Of a stretch of 64,000 nucleotides of DNA, positions 1 to 10,077 are shown one piece after another. The notes under the pieces were generated by a model that was given only the letters and a program-made list of their open reading frames with translations, did no database searches and had not been told where the DNA came from. This DNA comes from a virus. The translations under genes were made by a program, and so were the position numbers. Each line of letters begins with the position of its first letter. Within the stretch, counting starts at the first letter, position 1. Where the stretch lies: positions 29,805-93,804 of IMG/VR virus record IMGVR_UViG_3300001390_000008. One strand, given 5' to 3'.

Positions 1-267
1 CCGATGGGTTCCCCTTAAGTATGGACACATACACTTCATCCTCCCCTAATGTAATAATTTTATTAAGTAGGGTAGCCATCTGCATACAATCATTTCCTTT
101 TATCTTGTTATGCACTATTACTGATATACGGCATCTATCCGCCCTGGCTGACATTGCTTCTACCATTCCATATAACTCAGAAAATGTGGGGGTAGTCTGC
201 GCTCTAGCATAAGCGGATAATACTAGTAAAATAAATAGACCCTTTGCTATATTTTTTATCTTCATTT

Positions 268-699
268 CTAATCTCCATGTTGTTCATGTACGTCCCTCAT
301 GTCTTTAGCCTTTGTAACTGCTACTACGGCATCTTTCATAAGTTCTGTGCTGATATAAACACTATACTTCCCCCGTGGAAAGTTATAGCCCCTCTCATTG
401 TTTATAATAGTTTCCAGTATATCTGTCATCCTGGCCAGCAGCCTGTCTCGCGCCCATCTTTCATCAGCACATGGTGGGTGACTGTTGCCGCCTATCGTCC
501 TTTCCAGCGCCAGTAGCCTGTTCTCTAGCTGTGTGATGGTATCGCTACATTCTTTTTGTGCAGAAAGTAGCCCAGCATTAGCCCAGACCCTTTCCAGGAA
601 ATCGCGCTCTACCCTTATTTCTCTATGATAGTCGCACTCTCTAATCCATTGGCCGCCGTCCTCATCAGGCGGTATACAATCACAACTTGGCATCCCCAT
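268..699 (-). CDS. hypothetical phage protein
   Basis: 143-aa ORF with GGAG RBS, abutting the next minus-strand ORF. Confidence 0.6.
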   Translation of the reverse strand: MGMPSCDCIPPDEDGGQWIRECDYHREIRVERDFLERVWANAGLLSAQKECSDTITQLENRLLALERTIGGNSHPPCADERWARDRLLARMTDILETIINNERGYNFPRGKYSVYISTELMKDAVVAVTKAKDMRDVHEQHGD

Positions 700-701
700 A
701 A

Positions 702-1214
702 TTATTCTCCTATATTTTGTTTTAGATTATTTATAGCTAATTCAAGCCTGTTCATTAATGGTATTGTGCCACACGTTTCATCAACAATATCTGATGATAG
801 AAATGGTGTTGCAGCTTCGATTAGCTCATTAACTAGATCAACATATCTGTTATGAGATTCCTGAGCTTTTAGCAATCCAGCATGACTGCAAAGTTTTTTT
901 AGCCCAGTCTGCTCTGCATCTAAAATCGCATTTGCAAACTGTATGCAAAATTTATCTGCTGCTGGATGATTAAGATGGTGTGCATCATTCAATTTTGCTA
1001 TTTCAAGTATTTTTTCTGTATTCATCTTTTCCAATACTCCAATCACATTATCTATCAGTAGGGTAGCGTCGTTTAGCTCTATCAACCCGTCTCCCTTATC
1101 TATTTCTTCCTTGCGGTCTGCATATAGGACATAATCCCCCTCTACACACTCATCCATTGGGGGGGCCCAGAAGCTATTAGACCTGTATCGTTTTATATAC
1201 CCATCGCCCATCAC
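702..1214 (-). CDS. hypothetical phage protein
   Basis: 170-aa ORF, GGAGG RBS; N-terminal IKRY...YVLYADRKEEI motif shared with other small ORFs in the window. Confidence 0.65.
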   Translation of the reverse strand: MMGDGYIKRYRSNSFWAPPMDECVEGDYVLYADRKEEIDKGDGLIELNDATLLIDNVIGVLEKMNTEKILEIAKLNDAHHLNHPAADKFCIQFANAILDAEQTGLKKLCSHAGLLKAQESHNRYVDLVNELIEAATPFLSSDIVDETCGTIPLMNRLELAINNLKQNIGE

Positions 1215-1383
1215 TTACCTCCTTTGTAGCTAATTTACCCCCATATAATCCACAAAGTAACAATGGCCGCAATTGCTATTACCACTAAAGCGACTATTGC
1301 AAAATTTTTCTCACTCTGAGAAAGTGTTTCTGCCACTCTTTTTACTGGTTCCTTATTCATTTTAATCCCCTTTTATATAGTTA

Positions 1384-1623
1384 TCAGGCTTTTCCCGAAG
1401 CTACATCGGAAACAAAGCGGTGGCATTCATCATGCACCCCCTCCAATATGGCTATCGCCGCATTTACACTAACCTTTTCATTACTTATAACATCTTCAAT
1501 ATGCATCATTGCTGTAACACCTGCGTAAAATGCCAATCGCATTTCATTAATTTGTATATCTGCCGCATCTTTAGGCACCACCTGTGCTAAAAACGTACTC
1601 CATTGTTCCTGTATTGTATTCAT
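1384..1623 (-). CDS. hypothetical phage protein
   Basis: 79-aa ORF in a tightly packed minus-strand run. Confidence 0.6.
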   Translation of the reverse strand: MNTIQEQWSTFLAQVVPKDAADIQINEMRLAFYAGVTAMMHIEDVISNEKVSVNAAIAILEGVHDECHRFVSDVASGKA

Positions 1624-1631
1624 TTAAATTA

Positions 1632-1901
1632 TTACTCCTCTGCAATTCCTTCAAATTCAATACACATGTAACGTAATCTTTTTGCATCTTCTCTGGTCAA
1701 TATCCAACAATCCCAATGCCCATATTTGCTCTTATAATTAAAGATATATTTAATGCCAACCCATACCCTTTTCCATAAAGGCCGCCACTGGTTTAAATAG
1801 ACCTCTGTATGTAATTCCCCGTCTTCCTTATCCAGCACAAACCGTAACGTATGTTCAGAACTACCACACCGGCACTCAAAATAATGTGTTCCATCTAGCA
1901 T
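1632..1901 (-). CDS. hypothetical phage protein (CxC..H motif)
   Basis: 89-aa ORF, AGGTG RBS. Confidence 0.6.
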   Translation of the reverse strand: MLDGTHYFECRCGSSEHTLRFVLDKEDGELHTEVYLNQWRPLWKRVWVGIKYIFNYKSKYGHWDCWILTREDAKRLRYMCIEFEGIAEE

Positions 1902-1906
1902 CTATT

Positions 1907-2227
1907 TCACCTTTCCCTTTCTTTATATTTGACTATTAAAGCTAGTGCATTTAGGTACTCGCCTTTAACACTAAGCGATTCTTTGTTGTAGTACGAGGAG
2001 GCCCCCATTACATTTGTTATGTAGGACAGGCTATATACTAGTTCGTTAATACTACCACGATGTTTTTTTACTTTTTCATTAAGTCTACCTTTATCCCTTA
2101 CTAATTCCCTGTAATCATCGCATAATAGCCCATAGTCTGTTTTCATATTCTGTATTGTCCTAAGTAACCGGGTAATACGCTTCTCTTTATCTCTTATTTC
2201 AATAAGTGCCTTATCGTATTCAAGCAT
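1907..2227 (-). CDS. coiled-coil hypothetical protein
   Basis: 106-aa ORF with a heptad-like N-terminus. Confidence 0.55.
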   Translation of the reverse strand: MLEYDKALIEIRDKEKRITRLLRTIQNMKTDYGLLCDDYRELVRDKGRLNEKVKKHRGSINELVYSLSYITNVMGASSYYNKESLSVKGEYLNALALIVKYKERER

Positions 2228-2387
2228 GATATTTAATTCCTCTTAGTTGTTTCATACCAATCTCCTGCTAAAAGTGGCGGGTTAGGGTAGAATCGAACTA
2301 CCTTTTTAATCCAAATCGGTTCATATATCACCAGTGCTATAGTAGCTTTATACTTGCCTACTAACCCGTGTGTATTTTCCTCGTATC

Positions 2388-2708
2388 TTAGCTGCCAACA
2401 ATCTCGTGGGTTCTCTCCCATACAAACTCATCAAGTGGGAAGTGCTTTTCGCATTTAATACAAAATGTTCCACCATAAAATTTAGGATCTCGCGCATATG
2501 TTTCCGCAATCGAACGAGCCATTTTTGTGACGGCTCCACATTTATTATGAACATAATAAAGTCTTAATGGCCGTACATATCCCTTTGCTCGTTCTTCTGG
2601 GCATAGCACAACATAACCTTTTTGTTGGCCTGTTTTTGAATCAATGTCCCTATGGTCATCTGTCACAGGGCCGCCGTCTGCTAAACAAATTTTTTCTTTA
2701 TCGCTCAT
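2388..2708 (-). CDS. hypothetical Zn-binding phage protein
   Basis: HxxC...CxxC, AETYARDPKFYGGTFC motif typical of a widespread phage hypothetical family. Confidence 0.65.
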   Translation of the reverse strand: MSDKEKICLADGGPVTDDHRDIDSKTGQQKGYVVLCPEERAKGYVRPLRLYYVHNKCGAVTKMARSIAETYARDPKFYGGTFCIKCEKHFPLDEFVWERTHEIVGS

Positions 2709-2925
2709 TTTTTAATTTCCCTTTGTTTTCTCTGCACTCTTTCTGCGCTTTTTCAATAAATGGCTGTAATTTTGCAACAAAATCATACTCAACCATTAAA
2801 TTAACAGTGTTCTCGGTTAGACCGGGGGCTTGTTTATAAACATAGCCAGCATCATCCAGTATCCGTTTGAATATAGGGAGCTTCCAATCATCTATCATTA
2901 CTCCTACTTTTTTACTCATGACCAC
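2698..2925 (-). CDS. hypothetical phage protein
   Basis: 75-aa ORF overlapping the next start. Confidence 0.55.
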   Translation of the reverse strand: MVMSKKVGVMIDDWKLPIFKRILDDAGYVYKQAPGLTENTVNLMVEYDFVAKLQPFIEKAQKECRENKGKLKNER

Positions 2926-3149
2926 CCCAAAACGGATAGGGTGGTGTGCTTTATATTTCGCTTTTTCATATCAGTATTTCCTCAACAATAATAAACTCAA
3001 CTCCATGACATTTTAAACATTTCCGCTCCTGTATAAGCGGGGCATCTTTAGGGATATGGTGCATGGTATTCGTCGAACTCCAGCGTTTGTGGGGTACTCC
3101 TACATTTTCCCATTCATGTGGGCAATCCCAAAGAGGCTGTGGCGTATAA

Positions 3150-3521
3150 CTAATCGTCATTTTTGACCCCAAGTGTATAAGTAATTTTCGCGTATGCGCG
3201 TTCACTTGAATCAGGTACTATCGCTCTGAGATGTTCTTCTTGCCTAACAAACTCTATAAACCTGTTAATATCAAGAAATTCTGACCGCCTATTATCGTTT
3301 CTTACGCTTACCCAGTATAGTATTCCAGCGTACCCGTACCTCCAAAAAAGTTCTGCTACTTCTGGTAGGCACTCATCTGGTACGTACTCACCATCCGCAA
3401 ATGCCCAGGCCCACGTATCATTCATATTGAGCGTTTGCTCTGCCTTTGGGTCTTCTTCATCTAGGTAGTAAAACGCTAAAGTTAAAAGCTCTTCTGCTTC
3501 TTTCTGTTTAAACATTGCCAT
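3150..3521 (-). CDS. hypothetical phage protein
   Basis: 123-aa ORF. Confidence 0.6.
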   Translation of the reverse strand: MAMFKQKEAEELLTLAFYYLDEEDPKAEQTLNMNDTWAWAFADGEYVPDECLPEVAELFWRYGYAGILYWVSVRNDNRRSEFLDINRFIEFVRQEEHLRAIVPDSSERAYAKITYTLGVKNDD

Positions 3522-3573
3522 CTCTAATTACCCCCAATATTCCCCTGAGTTCTCGGATTGTCTCATTCTGCAA

Positions 3574-3825
3574 CTAGTCATCTTTGACCCTATAGGCATA
3601 TTCACCATTTTCTGCCCTCATTAGGCCCATGCTTATATCATACCCATCAAGGTTCTTCGGTGGCTTTTCCATACCAATATCCATCCATGTGTTAAGTAAA
3701 TAGGCTGCAGAATCAATTCGCATTTGTAAGTACGCCCCATCAGGTAGGTTTTCATCGACCATTTCAAACGAGCCAAGAAAAAAATCTCTATTCCTGTCCA
3801 GCCACTTCAAGTTTTGTTTATTCAT
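3574..3825 (-). CDS. hypothetical phage protein
   Basis: 83-aa ORF, ATGA overlap with the upstream gene. Confidence 0.55.
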   Translation of the reverse strand: MNKQNLKWLDRNRDFFLGSFEMVDENLPDGAYLQMRIDSAAYLLNTWMDIGMEKPPKNLDGYDISMGLMRAENGEYAYRVKDD

Positions 3826-4355
3826 TTTTCAATTTCCTCCACGAATTTAACTTGTCCTAGGCAACTGGACATAGCTGCTTGTACTGCGTCATCAAGTGTA
3901 TTGTAGCTCTCACAAGCAAGATAGTTAGGGTACTTGTTTCTCCAGCATACCTCAGGTTCACATTTCACTCCCTCATCATCCATACCATCGTCAAATGATA
4001 TTAAGTGAGATAAATCCTTAATCTTTGTTACTGGGGCTATTTCATCCCAGCCATTTAGCATCCCAGAAATATCTTCCGTAATAAACTTCCCTTCAAACAT
4101 ACCGCGATAGATACACCCAAAATCTTTAAACGGTGAGCCCGCTATTTTAACCAGTACTGGCTCCCCTACATCAGCAGCCCATTCTTCTACTTCCTCGATG
4201 AGGCGGTATCTAAAATTAGCGTTTACATTTTTAGATGTTTTCCGCCTCCACTTTGGCTTTGTTGGCGTCGGGTATGTATCCGCCCATTCAACATACTTGC
4301 CATCTTCAAGCGCCTGTGCCGTCTCGACAAAGGTTAAATCTGTATATTTTTTCAT
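3822..4355 (-). CDS. hypothetical phage protein
   Basis: 177-aa ORF with AGGGG RBS. Confidence 0.65.
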   Translation of the reverse strand: MKKYTDLTFVETAQALEDGKYVEWADTYPTPTKPKWRRKTSKNVNANFRYRLIEEVEEWAADVGEPVLVKIAGSPFKDFGCIYRGMFEGKFITEDISGMLNGWDEIAPVTKIKDLSHLISFDDGMDDEGVKCEPEVCWRNKYPNYLACESYNTLDDAVQAAMSSCLGQVKFVEEIEK

Positions 4356-4695
4356 GTTATTGCCCCTTCTTGTGTCCCATCATTTAAATTTATCAAGCAA
4401 TAGATGGTAACCGCCGTCCTTGGCAGTAAATTAAATTATCAATCCTTGTTTTTAATGGCATCCAAGGTCAATGCTGTGTTCGCCAAATTCAGCGCGGATT
4501 GGCTCAACTGCATAACCTCGTGCGCTTTAAAAGACTTATCAGGATTGTCAATAAGATCGTTTATCTTCTTTATAGTTTCTTCTATATTCATCTGGTTCTA
4601 CCTCAGTTAAATGCCACGTTTTTGCTTGTCGTGACTAACAAGTAAATCAAATCTACCTTATGGGATGTGTACTTTTCCTGTCATTGCCCCTTATT

Positions 4696-4905
4696 TTATG
4701 GCTGCTCAACAGCACTATTAATCAAGTCTATTCGTATGGCTATTTTATCACCTGTGGATCTTTCATTATAATCAAGCATTGCATTTACTTTTCCATCAAC
4801 AATAATGCCGCTCGCCCACACATCACAATGATTATCTACACGCATAACAAAGACGCCCTTACGGGGGTGGTCAATCAAATATGTTTTACCGTTTTCTAGT
4901 TTCAT
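4696..4905 (-). CDS. small hypothetical protein, paralog of 15806..16042
   Basis: LENGKTYLIDHPRKGVF vs LENGKRYLITHSRKGTF. Confidence 0.65.
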   Translation of the reverse strand: MKLENGKTYLIDHPRKGVFVMRVDNHCDVWASGIIVDGKVNAMLDYNERSTGDKIAIRIDLINSAVEQP

Positions 4906-5611
4906 GTTATTCCCCTTTTCAATAGATCTTTTGCCCCTGCTGCATAACCGGCTTTATATCTTTCTTTACAAGTGCATTCATACTCCCCATCAAGGAAGTC
5001 CTGAAATTTAGCTGCAATTTCTCTAATGGTAGAATTATTGCTAAACCCCATTTCATGCAGTAGCTCTTCCTGTGTCATTGCAGAAATTGGAAGTATCATG
5101 TTATTTTCTTCCCTATGTATGTTATATTCTTCGGATTAGTGCACACTAACTAAATAACTCATCGGGCCAATCAATGCTCAGGAAATGAGTTATGTGTGGT
5201 ATCCACGTCTTCATTGACACGTGGTCATACCCAAAAACGTCAACCCAATCACCGTTCAGCAAGGTTCCTAAATACAGCAGCTTTCTTCCAGTAGCAGAGG
5301 ATTCAACTAATACAAAATAAGTCCCACCTCCCGCCGGTGTTTTACTCACTGGTAATAGGTTGCCAATAATTTCATCACTATTCATCTTGTGTCCCTCTCT
5401 ATCAGTACCCCTATGGCGGGTTTCTTGAAATGGCCAACAGGAAATACATCTAGCCTGGTACGACAAAATCCGCACCAGCAAAAACCGACTGCCCCTGACT
5501 CCAGTGGCTCTTTAAGTTCATACGTCTCAAGAAACAAATGGCCACAACTGCATTGTGCTGGGTAAATTACATTCATATTAGTTCCCCCTGCTATAGCCAA
5601 CTCTTTTTGAG

Positions 5612-5884
5612 TTATACCAAGCGCACCCCATCTTCTGAATACCCATGAACCCAGAGCCTTTCGTTTAAATAATCGCCTTTTCCACTTTCAAGTGTCAATG
5701 AATATAATGGCGTCCCGTCACAATCACGAGTATGCTTTGCTGTGAACAGTCTCACACCATTACTAAGTTCAACCAGTACCCCAAGCCCGTATTTGTGCGG
5801 TGTGGCGTTATTCACCTGCCTATATGTACGACCTTGTTGGTCGTTAGGGTCTTTTAAATCCGCAACATTTATCATTTCAATCAT
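5612..5884 (-). CDS. hypothetical phage protein
   Basis: GGAGATTGATATG start junction; HTRDCDGTPLYSL motif. Confidence 0.65.
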   Translation of the reverse strand: MIEMINVADLKDPNDQQGRTYRQVNNATPHKYGLGVLVELSNGVRLFTAKHTRDCDGTPLYSLTLESGKGDYLNERLWVHGYSEDGVRLV

Positions 5885-5912
5885 ATCAATCTCCTTTAAC
5901 CTTAACCATTAC

Positions 5913-6115
5913 ATTTACAGAAGCACCCCGTGGCCTTAATTCAACGGCTATTAGTGTTTTGCTTTCATGGGGGGCTACCCCATTTATACTTAGCACTATG
6001 TTACCGCTTCATTGCACCACGGGACGGGCCGGAGGCGGGAGTCGAACCCGCTCATTCCAAAACCAGCCCACTCTCGTCAGAGCTGCGTCTATCTTCCGCC
6101 AGTGCTTCTGTAAAT
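5913..6115 (-). ncRNA. putative structured RNA containing a tRNA-like (Leu-like) domain
   Basis: 14-bp perfect terminal inverted repeat (5913-5926/6102-6115); T-arm GCGGG-TTCGACT-CCCGC; D-region TGGCGGAAGATAGACGCA; further nested stems. Confidence 0.55.
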
Positions 6116-6390
6116 ATAATCTTCATATGTCATACCAATCTCCTGTGGTGGTTACTTGCTTACGATTCAATATCAAAGCACGTTAAGATAATTCCTTTAC
6201 TGCTTTCTGTCATTGCCTCTAATCCTTTAATAATTGACCCCCACTTGCCATTATTAATTTCTCTAACAACTTCAACATGCACTGGTAAATCGTCATTTTT
6301 TTCAGCTAAATATTGCTTTAGTTCTTTAACTGTAAATCCGTCATTTTCTTTATTCATCATAGTTGGGCACATGTTTTAATCCTGTAGTGG

Positions 6391-6612
6391 TTATTTGCCA
6401 GCCCTGTATGGTTTAACCGTATCAACCAGACCATCATATTCATCTGGCAGCAATGTATTTTCATACCCATGTATTTGCGTCTGGTCAATGAAGCCGATAG
6501 CAGTGGTGATTACCTTATCTTTAGCGGCCATTTCAGCATCTACCTCAGATTTCTGGTAAAACAATCTGCTCTCTTCTGTTAATCCAGCCCCGCCGAAATA
6601 TCTTGTTTTCAT
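6391..6612 (-). CDS. hypothetical phage protein
   Basis: 73-aa ORF, GAGG RBS, ATGA overlap. Confidence 0.55.
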   Translation of the reverse strand: MKTRYFGGAGLTEESRLFYQKSEVDAEMAAKDKVITTAIGFIDQTQIHGYENTLLPDEYDGLVDTVKPYRAGK

Positions 6613-6899
6613 TTCATAACCTCATTAGCCCGTTGTATAATTTCTTTTGTCGCGCCAAGGATTGTGTAATCAGCTATACCAATAAGTGCGTTTACATACT
6701 CCTGTAATTCCTGTGACATTTCTTTAACCGTGCCTCTTAGATCGCTTATCAGCCTATCACTGGCTGCTATTTCTTCTTTGTGGTCTTTGAATAGGACTAC
6801 AGTTTCTGTTTTTGCGTGGTGATACTTACCATCGCAATCATACACAGTTGCACTATAGTGTTTAATCATTTCACCAGCTCCCTTGTTTCTGCACACCAA
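6609..6899 (-). CDS. hypothetical phage protein
   Basis: VVLFKDHKEEIAA motif shared with 702..1214 and 20464..20889; true start may be the internal MIKHY. Confidence 0.55.
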   Translation of the reverse strand: MVCRNKGAGEMIKHYSATVYDCDGKYHHAKTETVVLFKDHKEEIAASDRLISDLRGTVKEMSQELQEYVNALIGIADYTILGATKEIIQRANEVMK

Positions 6900-7072
6900 T
6901 TATCTTCATTATAAGCCTGTGGCAGGCGGCCAGTTCTTTAATTGCTTTTTCGCCCTCTTTAATTCTGCTGGCGGCCCATTCAGGCTCTCGCAGTATCATT
7001 TGCTGTATGTTGCAATTATTTCCGCCAGAATCAACATATGTGTTGCTCATTTCTCCCCCCTAATAGAGTTTG

Positions 7073-7252
7073 TTATATTTTGGTTGCACACTGGATTTAC
7101 ACCAGTCGGCATTAATATGTTCGTTTCCATCTGGCCCGGATAGCTATCCTGCCTGTACTGGCCAGGTATCGCAATTCTGCGAATTTATATATTTTAGACC
7201 AGTTTCCCGTACCTGCTACCGCGTATAGCAGTTCGGTGCAACCAAAATATAA
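7073..7252 (-). ncRNA. putative structured RNA
   Basis: 17-bp perfect terminal inverted repeat (7073-7089/7236-7252), several internal hairpins, T-arm-like ACTGG-TGTAAAT-CCAGT; strand assumed from operon context. Confidence 0.45.
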
Positions 7253-7543
7253 AATTTCTCATTTCTCCACTTCAATCGGCTCAATATCTACACCAGACCT
7301 TAACCCAATTGTAAAAAACCTTATCTTTAGTATCGAAAGATGCACATACCGCAGCCCCAAAAACTGCATTAATTATTATATAAAGTAGATATTCCATGAT
7401 TTACTACCCCTATGAATTCTATACCTATAAAATTAGAAATTAAATTCTGGGTGTAGAGTGAATTAGTGCTTTTACTTTTTGTAATTGATTTCAATATATG
7501 TTTCATCTTTACGCCCCCCTTGAGTCCACTTGATTGATAACCC

Positions 7544-7573
7544 ATTATATATCTTTGTGTCTTATGCTGTCAA
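7544..7573 (-). promoter_or_regulatory. sigma70-type promoter
   Basis: TTGACA-N18-TATAAT. Confidence 0.65.
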
Positions 7574-7583
7574 CTATGGTATT

Positions 7584-8003
7584 CTATATAGACGATTCAT
7601 ATTTTTTTCTACGTGTACACCATTTTTTTCTACTATCGTTATACCATCTGAATATAGTACGTGATGATACCTTACAAGCTTCTGCTGCATCATCTGTTGT
7701 ATTATATTCTATCCCATGTATTACCCATATAAATGACGTTGATCTATTGTTAGCTTGTTCTACACTTGTAGACCATTTACAATTATTTAAATTATAGTTA
7801 CCATTATTATTTTTCCTATCTAAAGTTTTGCCCTCTGGTTTTTCCCCCATGTCTTCTAAAAAATTTTCAAATTTTTCCCATCTTTTACATACTCGTATTC
7901 CTCTAGCCCCATAATATTTATTATTAATATTTTTAGTTCTAGTTATCATACTGCTCCATATATTGTATGTACTTGTTCCTGTCATGCGATGTGTTGTACC
8001 CAT
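7584..8003 (-). CDS. HNH-type homing endonuclease with C-terminal DNA-binding domain
   Basis: YGARGIRVCKRWEKFENFLEDMGEKP..TLDRKNNNGNY...NCKW...EQANN signature; start set at MGTTH after a G-rich RBS. Confidence 0.85.
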   Translation of the reverse strand: MGTTHRMTGTSTYNIWSSMITRTKNINNKYYGARGIRVCKRWEKFENFLEDMGEKPEGKTLDRKNNNGNYNLNNCKWSTSVEQANNRSTSFIWVIHGIEYNTTDDAAEACKVSSRTIFRWYNDSRKKWCTRRKKYESSI

Positions 8004-8315
8004 TACTCCCCCCCCTTCGTTTTTATTACTATAATATACCAGTTTATTTATGTCAACTATGGTATTATATGTAGATGAATTGAAAGTGGCTATGGCGCGG
8101 AGAGTTACTACAGAAAAAATTACAGATTTTTTATGTATGGCTACGCTCAATTTATTGTAATATTATAATATACTTATATGCCAGCATGTAAGCTGATCTA
8201 AACAATTAATTGCAGCACCCCTAATGCTACTATTAATAAAAATAGATCGTTGATTTTCACTTATTGGCATGCACCTTGCATTATGAAATTATATGCCAAC
8301 TTAATAATTAACAAT

Positions 8316-8348
8316 AAAAAAAATGAGCCACCAATTACGGCGGCCCAC
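8316..8348 (-). terminator. rho-independent terminator
   Basis: GGGCCGCC-GTAATT-GGTGGCTC hairpin followed by a T-run on the minus strand. Confidence 0.6.
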
Positions 8349-9249
8349 ATTAAATACTAATTATTACAGCCGTAGAATTTTGGCTGTAATAACCAGGATA
8401 ATAATAATCAAGATTACTATATCCATTTAACTATGCACCCACCCAGTCGGATCAATACCACATAATATATTTTCCCACCATACAATGGCCGTATCATGTA
8501 CGCCCACCATCGGGCTTATTGAGCGCCTGAATGCAAGATATGATATGCCCTGCCCCTTATATTCCCATAGATAGAATAGTGCCTTAGATTGTTGCTTATT
8601 CAGTTTCATGCGATGCGCTCCATAGACCATACAGGGCTATCGGCGGGCAGCTTATCCATAAAACATAATATATCATCATAATTATGAATGTATGTATTAC
8701 CGCCCATAATATCTCGCAAATATTTATGACGCGAATCGTCCGCGTTTGTTGTATAAACTTGCTGTATATTATTATCATCAAGATAAAATGTACTTACATT
8801 AGTTTGCTTTTTCATTTTTGTTACCCCTGCTTTAATAAAATAACTTACTATATTGTATATCCCTAGGTACGTGGTTTCTCCACCACAACAAAGCTCTCTT
8901 TAGTCAGAGTCTTATCCATAAACATTTTAGAATCCCCGTAGCGAGCGATCCATTTACTACCGCGTTCGATGCTCCATGTTATGCAGTGTACTGCCAGCGG
9001 GTTATCCTTCTCTATTACTTGATATTCCATTTTGTTACCTCACATATTTAATAAGTAGATAAACGGCGGTAACGACTATAATCGCTGAGTATAGAATTGA
9101 TACAAAATCGTGTATTAACATTTTACCCGCCTTATTTAAGATAGCCGTTTTTTATACAATAGATAATTGTACAAATTGCGGCCCCCGTTATTATTAATGC
9201 AATAATCATTTTAGTTTCCCCTGTTTAAATTATTTACTAGCCATACAGT

Positions 9250-9279
9250 ATTATACCCACATTTTGCAATTAATGTCAA
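9250..9279 (-). promoter_or_regulatory. sigma70-type promoter overlapping a 16-bp palindrome
   Basis: TTGACA-N18-TATAAT; the -35 lies in TTGCAATTAATGTCAA. Confidence 0.7.
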
Positions 9280-9299
9280 ACATAATTCTACAGATTAAT

Positions 9300-9520
9300 T
9301 AGATATTTTGAAATCGCTTGCAAAATAGAATATTAGAATATTAGAATTTAATTACATTATTATATTATTATATTAGAACTTAATTACATTATTACATTAG
9401 AGTTTAATTACATTATAATATTAGAATTTAATTACATTATTATATTAGAATGTTAGAATAGTATTCAGTATACCCTGCGAGCAGTATTCGGTATGCCCTG
9501 CGAACATAACCGGGTGTCCC
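9300..9520. repeat. composite AT-repeat/iteron element, copy 1
   Basis: TTGAAATCGCTTGCAA, tandem ATTAGAATTTAATTAC units, two CTGCG-N9-NGGTRT boxes. Confidence 0.8.
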
Positions 9521-9539
9521 CCCATTTATAATTTTGGCG

Positions 9540-9568
9540 TAAAAAAAGCCCACGTATTAGGTGGGCTA
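9540..9568 (-). terminator. rho-independent terminator downstream of radC-like gene
   Basis: AGCCCAC-CTAATAC-GTGGGCT followed by a T-run on the minus strand. Confidence 0.75.
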
Positions 9569-9593
9569 AACAACCATGAGGCAAACTATAAAA

Positions 9594-10076
9594 TTATATT
9601 AACCCATGCTCAGAAAACGTGTAAGTATCTTCTCCAATGATTATATGATCTATCACCCGCACGTCTATAAGTGCTAGCGCGTCCTTTAGTCTTATAGTCA
9701 GGGCCTTATCCGCTTCTGAAGGTGTACTGATACCGGCTGGATGATTATGCGCCAGTATAACGGCGGCGGCATTATGTTCCAGCGCCCGCTTAACTACCTC
9801 TCTAGGGTATACACTGGCCCCATCTATTGTACCGTGAAACATAACATCAAAAGATATTACACGGTGGCGGTTATCCATAAACAGCACCGCGAATACCTCG
9901 GATTCATTGTGCGCTATACATGCCCTTATATAATCCTGCGCATGTTCGGGTGATGTGAGGCCCACAGATTCACGGATAAAATATTCCTGTGCATTGTCTA
10001 TTAATATAGTAGCCAATGCGGCGGCCTCATATGTTCCGTTGATTATAAACTTACCGTCTTTTGTTTTGGTTATCAT
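9594..10076 (-). CDS. radC: RadC-like JAB/MPN-domain protein
   Basis: EVFAVLFMD...[32 protein letters not shown]...PSEAD...VIDHIII; intact JAMM motif. Confidence 0.92.
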   Translation of the reverse strand: MITKTKDGKFIINGTYEAAALATILIDNAQEYFIRESVGLTSPEHAQDYIRACIAHNESEVFAVLFMDNRHRVISFDVMFHGTIDGASVYPREVVKRALEHNAAAVILAHNHPAGISTPSEADKALTIRLKDALALIDVRVIDHIIIGEDTYTFSEHGLI

Positions 10077-10077
10077 T

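Noticed and set aside
6025-6108. Functional canonical tRNA-Leu
   Set aside because: No local acceptor pairing, no 7-nt anticodon loop, no CCA; reported as a tRNA-like RNA instead.
9325-9460. CRISPR array from ATTAGAATTTAATTAC repeats
   Set aside because: Units are nearly contiguous with no unique spacers.
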